NCBI GenBank assembly: GCA_951406725.2
Contig: OX597826.1
Coordinates: 23,436,001-23,500,000, forward strand
Length of the DNA: 64,000 nt
Reading direction: 5' to 3'
Source of the DNA: Octopus vulgaris
Lineage: Eukaryota
The notes beneath the pieces were generated by a model. That model saw nothing but the letters and a program-made list of their open reading frames with translations, searched no databases and was not told where the DNA came from. Both the position numbers and the translations under genes were made by a program. Positions 13,822 to 25,525 of the stretch are shown in pieces (within the stretch, counting starts at the first letter, position 1; each line of letters starts with the position of its first letter).

Positions 13822-16800
13822 ATTGTTTAGCCTCCGCTTTCCATGCTAGCATGGGTTGGACGGTTCAACTGGGATCTGGAAAGCCAGATGGCAGCACCAG
13901 GCCCAGTCTGATCTGGCAGTGTTTCTACAGCTTGATGCCCTTCCTAACGCCAACCACTCCATGAGTGTAGTGGGTGCTTTTTACGTGCCACCAGCACAGG
14001 TGCCAGACGAGGCTGGCAAACGGCCACGATCGGATGGTGATTTTTACGTGCCACCGGCACGGAGGCCAGTCAGGGCGGCGCTGGCAACGGCTACATTCGG
14101 ATGGTTCTCTTACGTGCCACCGGCACTGGTATCACAGCTGCAATTTCCATTGATGTTGATCGATTTCGATTCTCACTTGCCTCAACAGGTCTTCACAAGT
14201 CGAGTTTTGTGTCCCAAGAAGGAAAGGTATGCATAAGTGGACTGGCTACATCCCGTGTAGAGGCCACTGGTTATGGTCTCACTTGTCCTGCCAGGTCTTC
14301 TCACGCACAGCATAATTCCAAAGGTCTCGGTCTCTAGTCATTTCCTCGGCGAGACCTAAAGTTCGAAGGTCGTGCTTCACCACCTCATCCCAGGTTTTCC
14401 TGGGTCTACCTCTTCCACAGGTTCCCTCAACCATTAGGGTGTGGGACTTTTTTGCACAACTATCTTCATCCATTCTCGCCACATGACCATACCAGCACAA
14501 ACGTCTCTTTTGCACATCACAACTGATGCTTCTTAGGTCCAACTTTTCTCTCAAGGTACTTACACTCTGTTGAGTATGAACACTGACATTACACATCCAT
14601 CGGAGCATACTGGCTTCATTTCTTGCGAGCTTACCCATATCCTCAGCAGTCACGGCCCATGTTTCACTGCCATGTAGCATGGCTGTTCGTACACATGTAT
14701 CATACAGTCTGCCTTTTACTCTGAGCGAGAGGCCTTTTGTCACCAGCAGAGGTAAGAACTCTCTGAACTTTGCCCAAGCTATTCTTACTCTAGCAGTTAC
14801 ACTTTCAGCACACCCGCCCCCGCTACTGACTTGGTCACCTAGATAACGGAAGCTATCAACTATTTCTAGTTTTTCTCCCTGGAATGTGGCGGAAGTTGGT
14901 CTCTGCGCATTTTCAGTGTTTATTGCTCCTGAGCATCTGCCACATACAAAAGCTATCTTCCTAGTTAGCCTTCCTTCGACATTGCTGCACCTCTTATGTG
15001 TCCATAGCTTACACTTAGTGCATCTTATAGAGTTTCTACCTACACCTTTTCTACAGATCGAGCAGGGCCATCTACCTGAATGCGTTTGTGATTTGTCTAC
15101 CTTCCTACTTATTAGGACTTTGGTTTTAGCTAGGTTGACTCTAAGGCCCTTCGATTCTTATCCTTGCTTCCACACCTGAAACTTCTCCAGTTCTGATAGT
15201 GACTCTGCAATTAGAGCAAGGTCATCAGCATAGAGGATCTCCCAGGGGCATCCTGTCTTGAATTCCTCCGTTATTGCCTGGAGGACTATGATAAATAGGA
15301 GGGGGCTGAGGACTGAACCTTGGTGGACCCCAACCTCTACCCGGAATTCTTCACTGTACTCATTGCCAACCATCACCTTACTAGCAGCGTCCCTGTACAT
15401 GGCTCGCAGAGCTCTCACTAACCATTCATCTATCCCTAGTTTCCTCATTGACCACCAGATAAGGGATCGGGGGATCCTGTCGAAGGCTTTCTCCATGTCA
15501 ATGAAAGCCAGGTACAGGGGCTTATCTTTGGCTAGATATTTCTCCTGCAGCTGTCTTACCAGGAATATAGCATCAGTGGTACTTTTCCCTGGCACGAACC
15601 CAAACTGCATCTCATCTAAACTAACTCTCTCTCTAATTAGTTGGGCTATGACCCTCTCCGTAACCTTCATTACCTGATCCACAACATGATACCTCTGTAA
15701 GTATTTGTATCTAGGGCGTCACCTTTACCTTTGTAGCAGTTGACTATTATGCTGCTACACCAGTCATTGGGTATGACTCCTTCGTGTATCACCTGGTTAA
15801 CTATACGGGTGACTAGGCTATAGCCAACACTACCAGATATTTTTAGCATCTCTGCAGTGATTCCTGATAGGCCTGGGGCTTTCCCTGTCTCCATGCTTTC
15901 TAATTGCCTTAACTACCAAGGAACTGTCAACTCGGATAGCTGGTCCCTCTGTTGGGTCGACATTCGGCAGACTCTTTATCCCATTCATTTTCTTTATTCA
16001 GCAACCTTTCAGAGTTGCGTCTCCAAACCTCTCTCTTTGCTTCCTCATTTAGCGCAAGTGTACCATCCATGCGAACACATTTCTCTCCTACCACATCACG
16101 ATTCTCTCTCACACACTGTTTTGCAACACGAAATACCTCAAGTCTTTGGTCCTCACGGCGTAGAACATTGGCAAATTTTTTCTTATCTCCTTCCCCTCTA
16201 GCTAAATAAACCCGTCTTCTAGCTTCTCTTTTGGCAGTCTGATACAATTTCCTGCTACCACCATCTTTTCTCTAATAGCCCTGTCTACAACATTGCTCCA
16301 CCACCACATTATTTTGGGTCGAGAGGGGACTTTGCACCACCCACAGATCTGGTCAGTGGCTCTCAGCAGGTTGTCCTGTAGAAACCTCCAGTTGTCTTCT
16401 ACACTATGTGAATCTATATCCTCATCTATTTCGTCAAAGGCTTCGAGTAATATGTTTCTAAATCTCTGTCCATTCGCAGGATCTTTAAGCTTCCAGACCC
16501 TTCTTTTCCATGTTGGTTGTCTTCTGGGCGACCACTTAGTCCTGATCCTAAAGTCACTAAATACTAGTCTATGTTGTGGGGTACATTCTTCACCTGGGAA
16601 GGTTTTGGCATTTATAAGCAGCCATCTTTCCCTTTTTCTGGCAAGGATGTAGTCAATCTGGCTAGTATGTCGGCCTGATTGGTAGGTGACTAGGTGACTG
16701 GTAGGTTTCCTGAAGTTAGTATTGCAAGCCATAAGTTCATTTGCATCGCAGAACTCCAGCGTCCTGGTTCCCTCCTCGTTGCGGGAACCATAGCCGTAGC

Positions 16801-17290
16801 CTCCATGTACGCCATGGAAGCCCCCTGTATGCTGACCAACATGTCCATTGAAGTCACCAGCCACAAAAAGAAGGTCCCTGTCGTTCGTCAATGAGGTAGT
16901 CTGCAGTAGGGTGTCATAGAATCGGTCTTTCTGTCCATCGGGTAGCCCCGGCTGAGGGGCATAGGCCGATATAATGGTTGCTAACCCATGGTGAAGTATT
17001 AATCTAATCTTAAGTATTCTGTCGCATACTCTGACTACTTCAATTACCTTATCTACCCATTTTTCAGCGAGAAGTATACCCACGCCCCCGACCCCGTCAG
17101 TGTTCCCTGCCCAGAAAATCTTGTACCTGCATTCTTTGCCTGTGAGGAACCTAGCAGAACCTCCTCTCCACCTTACTTCTTGGATGCAGCATATATCAAC
17201 ACATCTCCGTTCAAGCATCTCAACAATCTCACTAGACCTACCTTTCAGTGGGCCAACGTTGAGAGTGCCAACCCTGAGGGTGTGGCAGGT
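13822..17290 (-). mobile_element. RTE-clade LINE (APE + RT), degenerate
   Basis: APE motifs TLNVG, IQEVRW, GDFNGH, QIDY; RT motifs QFGF, QGSVLSP, YADD; C-terminal GRGRPRKTW. 3'UTR ends in a (GAT)n tail at ~13800-13822. Confidence 0.9.
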
Positions 17291-17417
17291 ATGGGTCCAA
17301 AAAATAATTTTGTCAATCTACTTCATTCTGGTTAATATATAAAGGATTGAGGTAACTCCTCCAGAAGATATAGAGTCAAAATTATTATTGTTGTTGTTGT
17401 TATTAATATTATTATTG

Positions 17418-17910
17418 ATCTGGCAGAATCGTTAACATGCCGGGCGAAATGCTTTGCGGTATTTTGTCTGCCGTTAATCAACTTAATCCGTTTGTCTGTC
17501 CTTGTTTGTCTTTTCTGTGTTTATCCCCTTGTGGGTAGTAAAGAAATAGGTATTTCATCAATCACTACGTTCTGAGTTCAAATTCTGCTGAGGTTGACTT
17601 TGCCTTTCATCCTTTTGGGGTCGATTAAATAAGTACCAGTTGCGCACTGGGGTCGATATAATCAACTTAATCCATTTGTCTGTCCTTGTTTGTCCTCTCT
17701 GTGTTTATCCCCTTGTGGGTAGTAAAGAAATAGGTATTTCATCAATCACTACGTTCTGAGTTTAAATTCTGCTGAGGTTGACTTTGCCTTTCATCCTTGG
17801 GAGGGGGGTCGATAAACTAAGTACCAATTGCATACTGGGGTCGACCTAATCGACTGGCCCTCTCCCCCAAATTTCATGCCTTGTGCCATTAGTAGAAAGA
17901 ATTATTATTA
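17418..17910 (+). mobile_element. Compound/partially duplicated SINE family 2 copies
   Basis: Same head/core as 9119-9540, with an internal ~185-bp duplication (17478-17660 vs 17662-17840). Confidence 0.7.
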
Positions 17911-18057
17911 CTACTTTACAACACTCCTTCCTCACAAGCTGACCTTTATGGCCCCTTTGAATGCCAGCTTTCTCTCAAACTACCTTTGCAAAATGTGAAT
18001 AGTTTTTCTCATTACCTCCATTATTACTGTGTAACCTAATCAACTGCCGACTCGAAT

Positions 18058-18700
18058 CTTCTTTCTCGTCCTCTCTCTCTCCCTCCCTCTTCCTTTATCT
18101 TCTCCCGTTCTCCCCTTTCTCTTTTCATCTTTCTTTCTCTCTCTCTCTTTCTCTCCTTTTCCTTCTTTTTCTCCCTCTTCCTTTATTTCTTTCTCCCTCT
18201 CTCTCTCTCTACCTTTTCTCTTTCGCTTCCTCCTTCCTCTCCTTTCCTTCTCTCTTCCTATATTCCTCTTTCTCCCCTCTGTCCCCCTTTCTGTCTTTCT
18301 CCCCGTCTCTCATGCTCCCTCCCTCTCTTTTTCTCTCTTTCCCCTTCCCTCTCTCCTCTGCTTCTCTTATATATATCTCTCTCTCTCTTTTTCTTTCTCA
18401 CTCTCTTTTCCCACTCTCCCATATCTCTCTCACTCACTCTCCCACCATCCTCCACCAAATAAGATGCTTCTTGATAGAAATCGATAGTTCAACCACAATC
18501 ACACGGCAGCCTCTGCAATGTTGAATATTTGTCTTGTCTTAAAAGGGTTCATGTTTCACACACGCACACCCACACGAACACACATGCACTCATACACACA
18601 CTCACACACACACACACACTCACATACACACACATGCAAACACACACACACACACACACATGCAAACACACGCACACATGCACACTCACACACAAACTTA
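18058..18700. repeat. Pyrimidine-rich (CT)n tract followed by (CA)n tract
   Basis: Direct inspection. Confidence 0.9.
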
Positions 18701-18784
18701 GTTTTGAAAAGCTGCCCCATTGTTACAAAACCAAAGTAAATCAAACTCATACAACCAGATGCAGTGTTAGAAATGCATGGAGCT

Positions 18785-19095
18785 CTTTTACTCTTTTATT
18801 CTTTTACTGGTTTCGGTCATTTGACTGGGGCCATGCTGGAGCACCGACTTTAGTTGAACAAATCGACCTCAGGACTCATTCTTTGTAAGCCTAGTGCTTA
18901 TCTTATCAGTCCCTATTGCTGAACCACTAGGTTGCGAGGGCATAAACACACCAGCATTGGTTGTCAAGCGATGATGGGAGGACAACACACACACACACAT
19001 ATATATAAATACGACAGGCTTTTTTCTGTTTCCGTCTACTAAATCCACTCACAAGGCTTTGGTAGGCCCAAGGCTATAATAGAAAACACTTGCAG
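18785..19095 (-). mobile_element. SINE family 1 (tRNA head, internal TA/TG microsatellite), 5'-truncated
   Basis: Reverse complement of the body of 31169-31585. Confidence 0.75.
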
Positions 19096-19879
19096 GTGCT
19101 TTTCATGTGGCACTGGTATCATTTGTGTGTGTACATACACACACATGCATATATTAAATTTTGTAATTTATTCGTAATTTCTTGCAATAAAGAAAATATT
19201 CTGTAAATATGTGGATATGTGCAATTTCTCACCAATCTCCATTCTGTAAATAATATAAATTTTGATATTACAAACCTGAAAATACAATTCAAAATCTGAA
19301 TGGAAAATTTTAATTAATTTAATCATTTATTTATCATAAATTGTTTTACAATTTGCTTTTATTCTCATGGATAAGAGATTTCTGAAATTAATACATTTTT
19401 ATATAAATTGTTAGTGCATATAATGTCACAGTCAGATGCTTTAGGTTTTTTTTTTTGCTTTGTTTTGTATTTTTTCCTGTTTTCTAAAAAGCAATCTCTG
19501 AACTATGAAGAGGTAATTACTCTGACTTTTCTTCTATAATGGACAGCAGCAAATAGAATAATTACGATATGCAGCCCAGATAACATCTACCTTAAACGTG
19601 AAATAAATGTTCCACTTAGCAAGCTGGAAAACTGAAACAAGCAGAGTTAAATCCCTTGCGTGATGGAAGCACAACACAATTGCTGTAACTAGGTTTGAAT
19701 CAAGGATGTCCATGATATCAAATCAACAAGCATTTTACCTGTGGAACAAATTGTTTCAGCAGATTAGATTGATTCAAGCAGTGTAATATGCTAATCACCA
19801 TGTAACTATTGGTGTCTTTACTAACTTCAGTACATATCTATACACATATCTGTACTAATCTCTCTCCCTTCATATACAT

Positions 19880-19943
<64 letters not shown>

Positions 19944-20125
19944 GTTTCACACCTACAAAGCGCTTAGCAGTATAGGCAACTCATCAAACTCAAATAGCCA
20001 GTTGCAGAGAGGTTGTGTCTTTGGCCACATGAGTCACCTATATTGCTAACCACTTTATGGGTGTTAAACCAATGGTCACTCTCTGACCACCCATAACTTT
20101 TAACTTACTACTAATGTGTGTGTAT

Positions 20126-20160
<35 letters not shown>

Positions 20161-20286
20161 CACATACATATATATACCCACACTTTGACTAGAGATTGTG
20201 TTAACCTCATGAAGGGATGGTTTCATCCAATGAAATACTGGTTGAATACCTAATATTTTTGAGGAATCAATTTCTTTAACCATAAT

Positions 20287-20322
<36 letters not shown>

Positions 20323-20509
20323 ACATATAGAAGAAGAAAAAGAAAATGGAGATTGGGAACTTAATAATTGTTTATTATTAACAACAAATCAATCATCATC
20401 CCTTACAGCTGTTTCAATTAATACTTAGTGAATCTAATTAGGATTCACTAAAAGGGAAAGAAAATATACCCTTGGACGTTTTATATATGTTTATATATAT
20501 ATATATATA

Positions 20510-20700
20510 TAGGGAGAGTTTATGAAAAAACAAAAGACGAAGACAGGTGGTGTACAAAACAAACAGATGTATTAGTATAACGCTCAGGAATAGAAAAAGT
20601 CTTTTACGTTTCGAGCCTACGCTCTTCTATAGAAAGGGACACAGAAAAAACAAGGAGAGAAAAAAATGTGTGTAGTGGCTAACCATCTATCATGGCGACT
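20510..20700 (-). mobile_element. Penelope pLTR-like fragment with degenerate hammerhead-like core
   Basis: Reverse complement contains ttCTATAGA-agagcgtaggctc-GAAAcgTAaaagac. Homologous to 49509-49675; embedded in (TA)n. Confidence 0.5.
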
Positions 20701-20739
20701 ATATATATATATGTATGTATATGTACATGTATATGCTAC

Positions 20740-21200
20740 TATCCATTAATATGAAACAACGAGCTTATTGTATACAGTGCCCAGGTGCACTACAACTTGT
20801 CGGAAAAGGGATAGACAGCAGTACCAAGTCAAATAAAAACAGCAATGACAGCCAAAAGCACGTGCTCAGTGCATGGAATAACAACACAAAATAGAAGAGT
20901 GAACAGTAAAAGGGTCATAATGAGGAAAGGGTACCCAGGCATTTCAGGAGTAACATTGTGAATTTCAGAAAGCATAGAATTTTTAAAGGATGCAGTGTCC
21001 TGACACCTAGCAACTGATACAGGTATTTTTTTTTCCGTACTTTGATCATTCAGAGCATGACTAAAAAAAAATGTTTTCAAAAGTCATGAGTTAGTTCTGA
21101 GCTGTTTTTTTTTTTTGGTTTTGATTTTGTAAGTGTGTCCATGGGTAGCAGAGATATTGAATTCAAAAAAAAGTGGCCAATGTTGTTATAAAGACAGTGG
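20740..21200 (-). mobile_element. Old CR1/L2-like LINE 3' remnant
   Basis: Degenerate translation ..HFF.....K(L/I)PVSVARCQDTASFK resembles the C-terminus of CR1-group ORF2. Confidence 0.4.
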
Positions 21201-22693
21201 ATAATCTTGCAAACTTTTACCCACAAGTCAGCTGCTAAACTAATCTCTACACCTCATAATGATCATCATTTAACATCGCATGTTCCATGCTGACCTGAAC
21301 TGGACATTGTGACATAATGCTTCACTGTCAGTTTTGGCATGATTCCAACAGCTGGGTGCTTTTCTTAATGCCAACCAATTTACAGCATCTACTGAGTGTT
21401 TTGTTTTATTCATGCCATTGGCACTATTGATCTTACCGTGTAGCTTGCAAGACTACAAACCCTGTGTAGGCAACTATAATCTAGGAGACAAGGAGTAGAG
21501 AGAAGTAAAGAGAGAGAGGAAAGAACCAAAGCAAAATAGGTTTCTTGCAGTAGAGGTGCAACATGACTAAGCACATTTTAGAAAAGAAGCCAAGAGCAAT
21601 CAGGTAGAGCTGGAAAGAGATAAAAATGGTAGTGTTGGGTGAACCTTCATGGTACAAGGTGGATAATTAATTTTGATATCTATATTGGTCTCAAATTTTG
21701 GCACAAGGCCAGTACTTTCAGGAGATGGGGAAAAGTCAATTACATCAACTCCAGTACTCAACTGGTACTTATTTTATCGACCCTGAGAGGACGAAAGGCA
21801 AAGTCAACCTCGGTGGGATTTGAACTCAGAACATAAAGTCAGAAGAAATGCTGCTACACATTAGACCCAGCAACGATAAATATTGAGAGAAGGATTGAAA
21901 GAACAAAGAATACAAAGGGGCCGATCAGACAGGTTGAGATGGGGAGTGTGGGAGATATACATTAGGATACATCGATATATACATACACACAGACAGATAG
22001 TGGCCCATCAGCTCACTGCTTTATATCTCAATATCTATATTAATATCCATAAATATATCTATACTAAACTCTATACATATCTAACCTAATATATCTATAG
22101 CTAACGTTATCAGAGTCTAAAACATCAGAGAGTTCTCTCCCCACAGTAAATATGATATACAATAATATAAGTCATACAATTGTTGCTTATACTGCTGACT
22201 CTTGGCTGATAAAGATCACCATTAGCATCTTCTAATTTTAATGATTGTATCCAACTAATTATTGTACATGGAATGTACAATAATTGTCCTGTATGTGTTC
22301 TGTTCTAAGGAATATTATTGATTTTGTAAATCTTTGTGTGCATAGAAAAAAACAAATGTTCATCCTAATTTGGATTCGTAGATAATGATCTGAATAATTG
22401 GGTTAATTTGGGTGTCTTTTTAATTTAAATGCTCTGGAAGACAGTTCTCTGGGAGAAGAGGAGATATTGTGAAGAAAAGAAAGAGGAGAGATTTTGTGGA
22501 AACTTAAGACAGAGAAAGAAGAAAGGAAGAGATATAGATATATGTATTATGAGGATACATATATATATACATGTGTGTGTGTGTACACACATATGTGTGT
22601 GTGTGTAGAAATATATGTATATATAGATATGTGTTAATATATATATAAATGTTTGTGTATATATATGTATGTATATGTATATGTATGTGTGTG

Positions 22694-22724
<31 letters not shown>

Positions 22725-22824
22725 AAGTATACATATGTAAGTGCATGCATGTATATACACACACACATGTAAATATCGAACAAAGAAAATGAGTGTTCAA
22801 TACCACATTGGTGGATAATGATTC

Positions 22825-23030
22825 TTTATTTGTGTATTAAGGCTGCCATTGGTTTCATGTTAAGAAATATCTCAACCATTATTCAAGCCAGTTTCATAGA
22901 AATATTGGTGATTGTCTTTATTTCTGATCCAAAATGGAGACAAAGATCAATTTTCTGTGATTGGCTTGAATAATGGTTGGGGTATTTTCTCAACATGAAA
23001 TCAACAGTAGCTTTTATACACAAATAAAAT
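22825..23030. repeat. ~205-bp imperfect fold-back (MITE-like inverted repeat)
   Basis: TTTATTTGTGTAT..CAACCATTATTCAAGCCA is mirrored by TGGCTTGAATAATGGTTG..ATACACAAATAAA; the inner arms also pair. Confidence 0.8.
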
Positions 23031-23172
23031 ATATATGTGTACACACACACACACACACACACATGCACACACATACACACACACATAATATTTTATCTTT
23101 AATCAGCAGAATTTACAAAGTGACTCTAGGACCAGAGTCACTGTGTAACTTCCATCAATCAAAAATAGAAAA

Positions 23173-23887
23173 TCTTTATATATATAAAACTGAGAATGTG
23201 TGTCTGATTGTCTGTCTGTGTGTTACCCTAAAACTTAAGAAATACACAACCAATTTCATTCAAATTTTACACATGCCTTACTTAGGGTCCATGTAGTTTC
23301 ATGGGCAATAAAAATGTTCAACTTCTTGCCTACAGCGAGCCCATAGCAATATCATATCTTCTCCACTATTTCAGTATTACATGTTAAAAGTGAAACAAAA
23401 ATATTTCTCTATTTTATGTCAGATGCTTTCACTTTAACAATAAAAATAATAATAACAATTGAATTATATGTAGTAAGTAATAATTAAAATCAAACTAAAG
23501 TATAATATAAGTAAAAATAGCAATTGGTATAAAATTGCATCAATGATTTGAACTTGAATAAGTGGTTTCACATGAATGGGAATTAAATCAAAAATAAAAT
23601 TAGCGTGCAGAAATGGAATAGTCCAGATGGATAATAAAAAATTAAATTAAAGAAAAGACTATTGTCTATAAAGTATACAATGTAGAGAAAAAAGAAGAGC
23701 TAACAATTCCAGTCTGTTATATATTTTGAGTATTGTTATCACTAGCGATATCAAGATATAACTTTGTATTTTGCATTTTATGTGTAGATGTATATATATA
23801 GATGTACATGTAATATGTACACATATATATACACATATATACATGCACTAGCACTATGACCCGGCAACGACGGGTCTTTAATGCTAG
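23173..23887 (+). mobile_element. Non-autonomous Helitron
   Basis: 5' A|TC start, GTCT microsatellite near the 5' end, 3' hairpin GACCCG-gcaacga-CGGGTC (23858-23876), CTAG|T end, no TSD. Confidence 0.85.
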
Positions 23888-24058
23888 TATATATATAATC
23901 ATGTTTTGAGCTCTATTTATCCTGTTTGTATTACGAAACACCTATGTGTGTGTATATATATACACACACATACATACATTCATATATGCACACACATATA
24001 TATATATATGCTTGTGTGTGTGTGTGTGTGTGTAGGTGTGTGTATATATATATATATA

Positions 24059-24102
<44 letters not shown>

Positions 24103-24207
24103 TACATATATATATATATACATACATATATAAGGACCTTTTTTCATACCGAATTCTATTTGGTGAAATTATTAATTTCTTCTTAATTAATTAATTTTAC
24201 CCTTTGT

Positions 24208-24245
<38 letters not shown>

Positions 24246-24543
24246 CGGGAAGCTTTATGAAAATAGACAAAAGACGAAGGCAGGTTTATACATACATATA
24301 TAAATATGTATAGCATCAAACAAATGTACTATGTAGTGTGAAACTAAGAAAACAGTGAAGGAGAGAGATAAAGTGAGAGGGAGTGAGTGAAAGAGAGATA
24401 GAGAGAGGAAGAACCAAACTGAAAGATAGATAGATAGATAGATAGACAGATGTGAATGTAAAAATGCAAGTAAAACTGGGTTATATATCATCTTCTAATG
24501 AATAAGCATCTGTAGCCAATTGATCAGGAAAGGTTCAAAGTAT

Positions 24544-24686
24544 TTAGGGTCCACATGAGGCACAGCAACGAGATTTGATGACTGGGTTGTTGCATTCCTT
24601 GTTCGTATAGACACGGATGAACTGTTCACAGTTCAAACTTCCATATGGACTGTTGAAGACTACCGCATGGTCTCCATAAGCACAAC
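24544..24686 (-). CDS. Host gene last coding exon: PLAC-like module 5 + stop
   Basis: ttacag| acceptor, phase 1. (G)CAYGDHAVVFNSPYGSLNCEQFIRVYTNKECNNPVIKSRCCASCGP*, TAA at 24544-24546. Confidence 0.88.
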
Positions 24687-25027
24687 CTGTAAGACAAAGG
24701 GAGATAATTTGTTTGTACTATTCTAGAAATATTTGATTAAAAAAAACTTATCTGATTTTGTCATCTGTGTTTGGTTTTATTATTTATCTCTTATATTTTA
24801 CTAGCATCACTCATTGGACTGCGTCCATGCTGGGGCATTGCTTTGAGAGTTTAGTTAAACAAATTAACTTTATGGCCCCAGTACAAATTTTTAAAGTCTG
24901 TTATATATTTTACCTGTCTGTTTTGCTAAGCTGCAAAATTATGAAGATTTAAACAAATGAACATTGGTTGTCAAGTGGAGTGTGTGTGTGTGGATGAACA
25001 CAAATGCATAGGTACGTCACACATACA

Positions 25028-25096
<69 letters not shown>

Positions 25097-25124
25097 GTCT
25101 ATCTATCTATCTATATATATATAT

Positions 25125-25455
25125 CATCATTGTTGTCGTCGTTCAACGTTCGCTTTCCATGCTAGCATGGGTTGGACGATTTGAGTGAGGACTGGCAAAC
25201 CAGATAGCTGCACTAGGCTCCAGTCTGATCTGGCAGTGTTTCTACAGCTGGATGCCCTTCCTAACGGCAACAACTCCGGGAGTGAAGTGAGTGCTTTTAC
25301 GTGCCACCAGCACAGGGGCCAGTCAGGTGGTACTGGCAACGACCTCACTTGAATCTTTTCACACATGCCACCAGCACAGAAGCCAGTTAGCCGTTCTGGC
25401 AATGATCACGCTCGGATGGTGCTCTTAGCACTCTACTAGTGCAGGGCTCATGTGC
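25125..25455 (-). mobile_element. RTE 3'UTR fragment
   Basis: Matches 13822-14110. Further copies at ~21265-21430, 32455-32700, 56785-57240 and 61093-61325. Confidence 0.75.
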
Positions 25456-25525
25456 CAATATATATATATATATATATATATAACTACCTATCTATCTCAA
25501 TAAGTAGATCCATCCATCCATCCAT

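Noticed and set aside
19941-20460. Further hammerhead-like half-motifs (rc TTGATGA..GAAAC at ~19941-19990; CTCATGA..GAAA at ~20208-20250; rc GAAACAGCTGTA at ~20404)
   Set aside because: Core mutated or truncated and a complete three-stem fold cannot be drawn; possibly decayed PLE termini.
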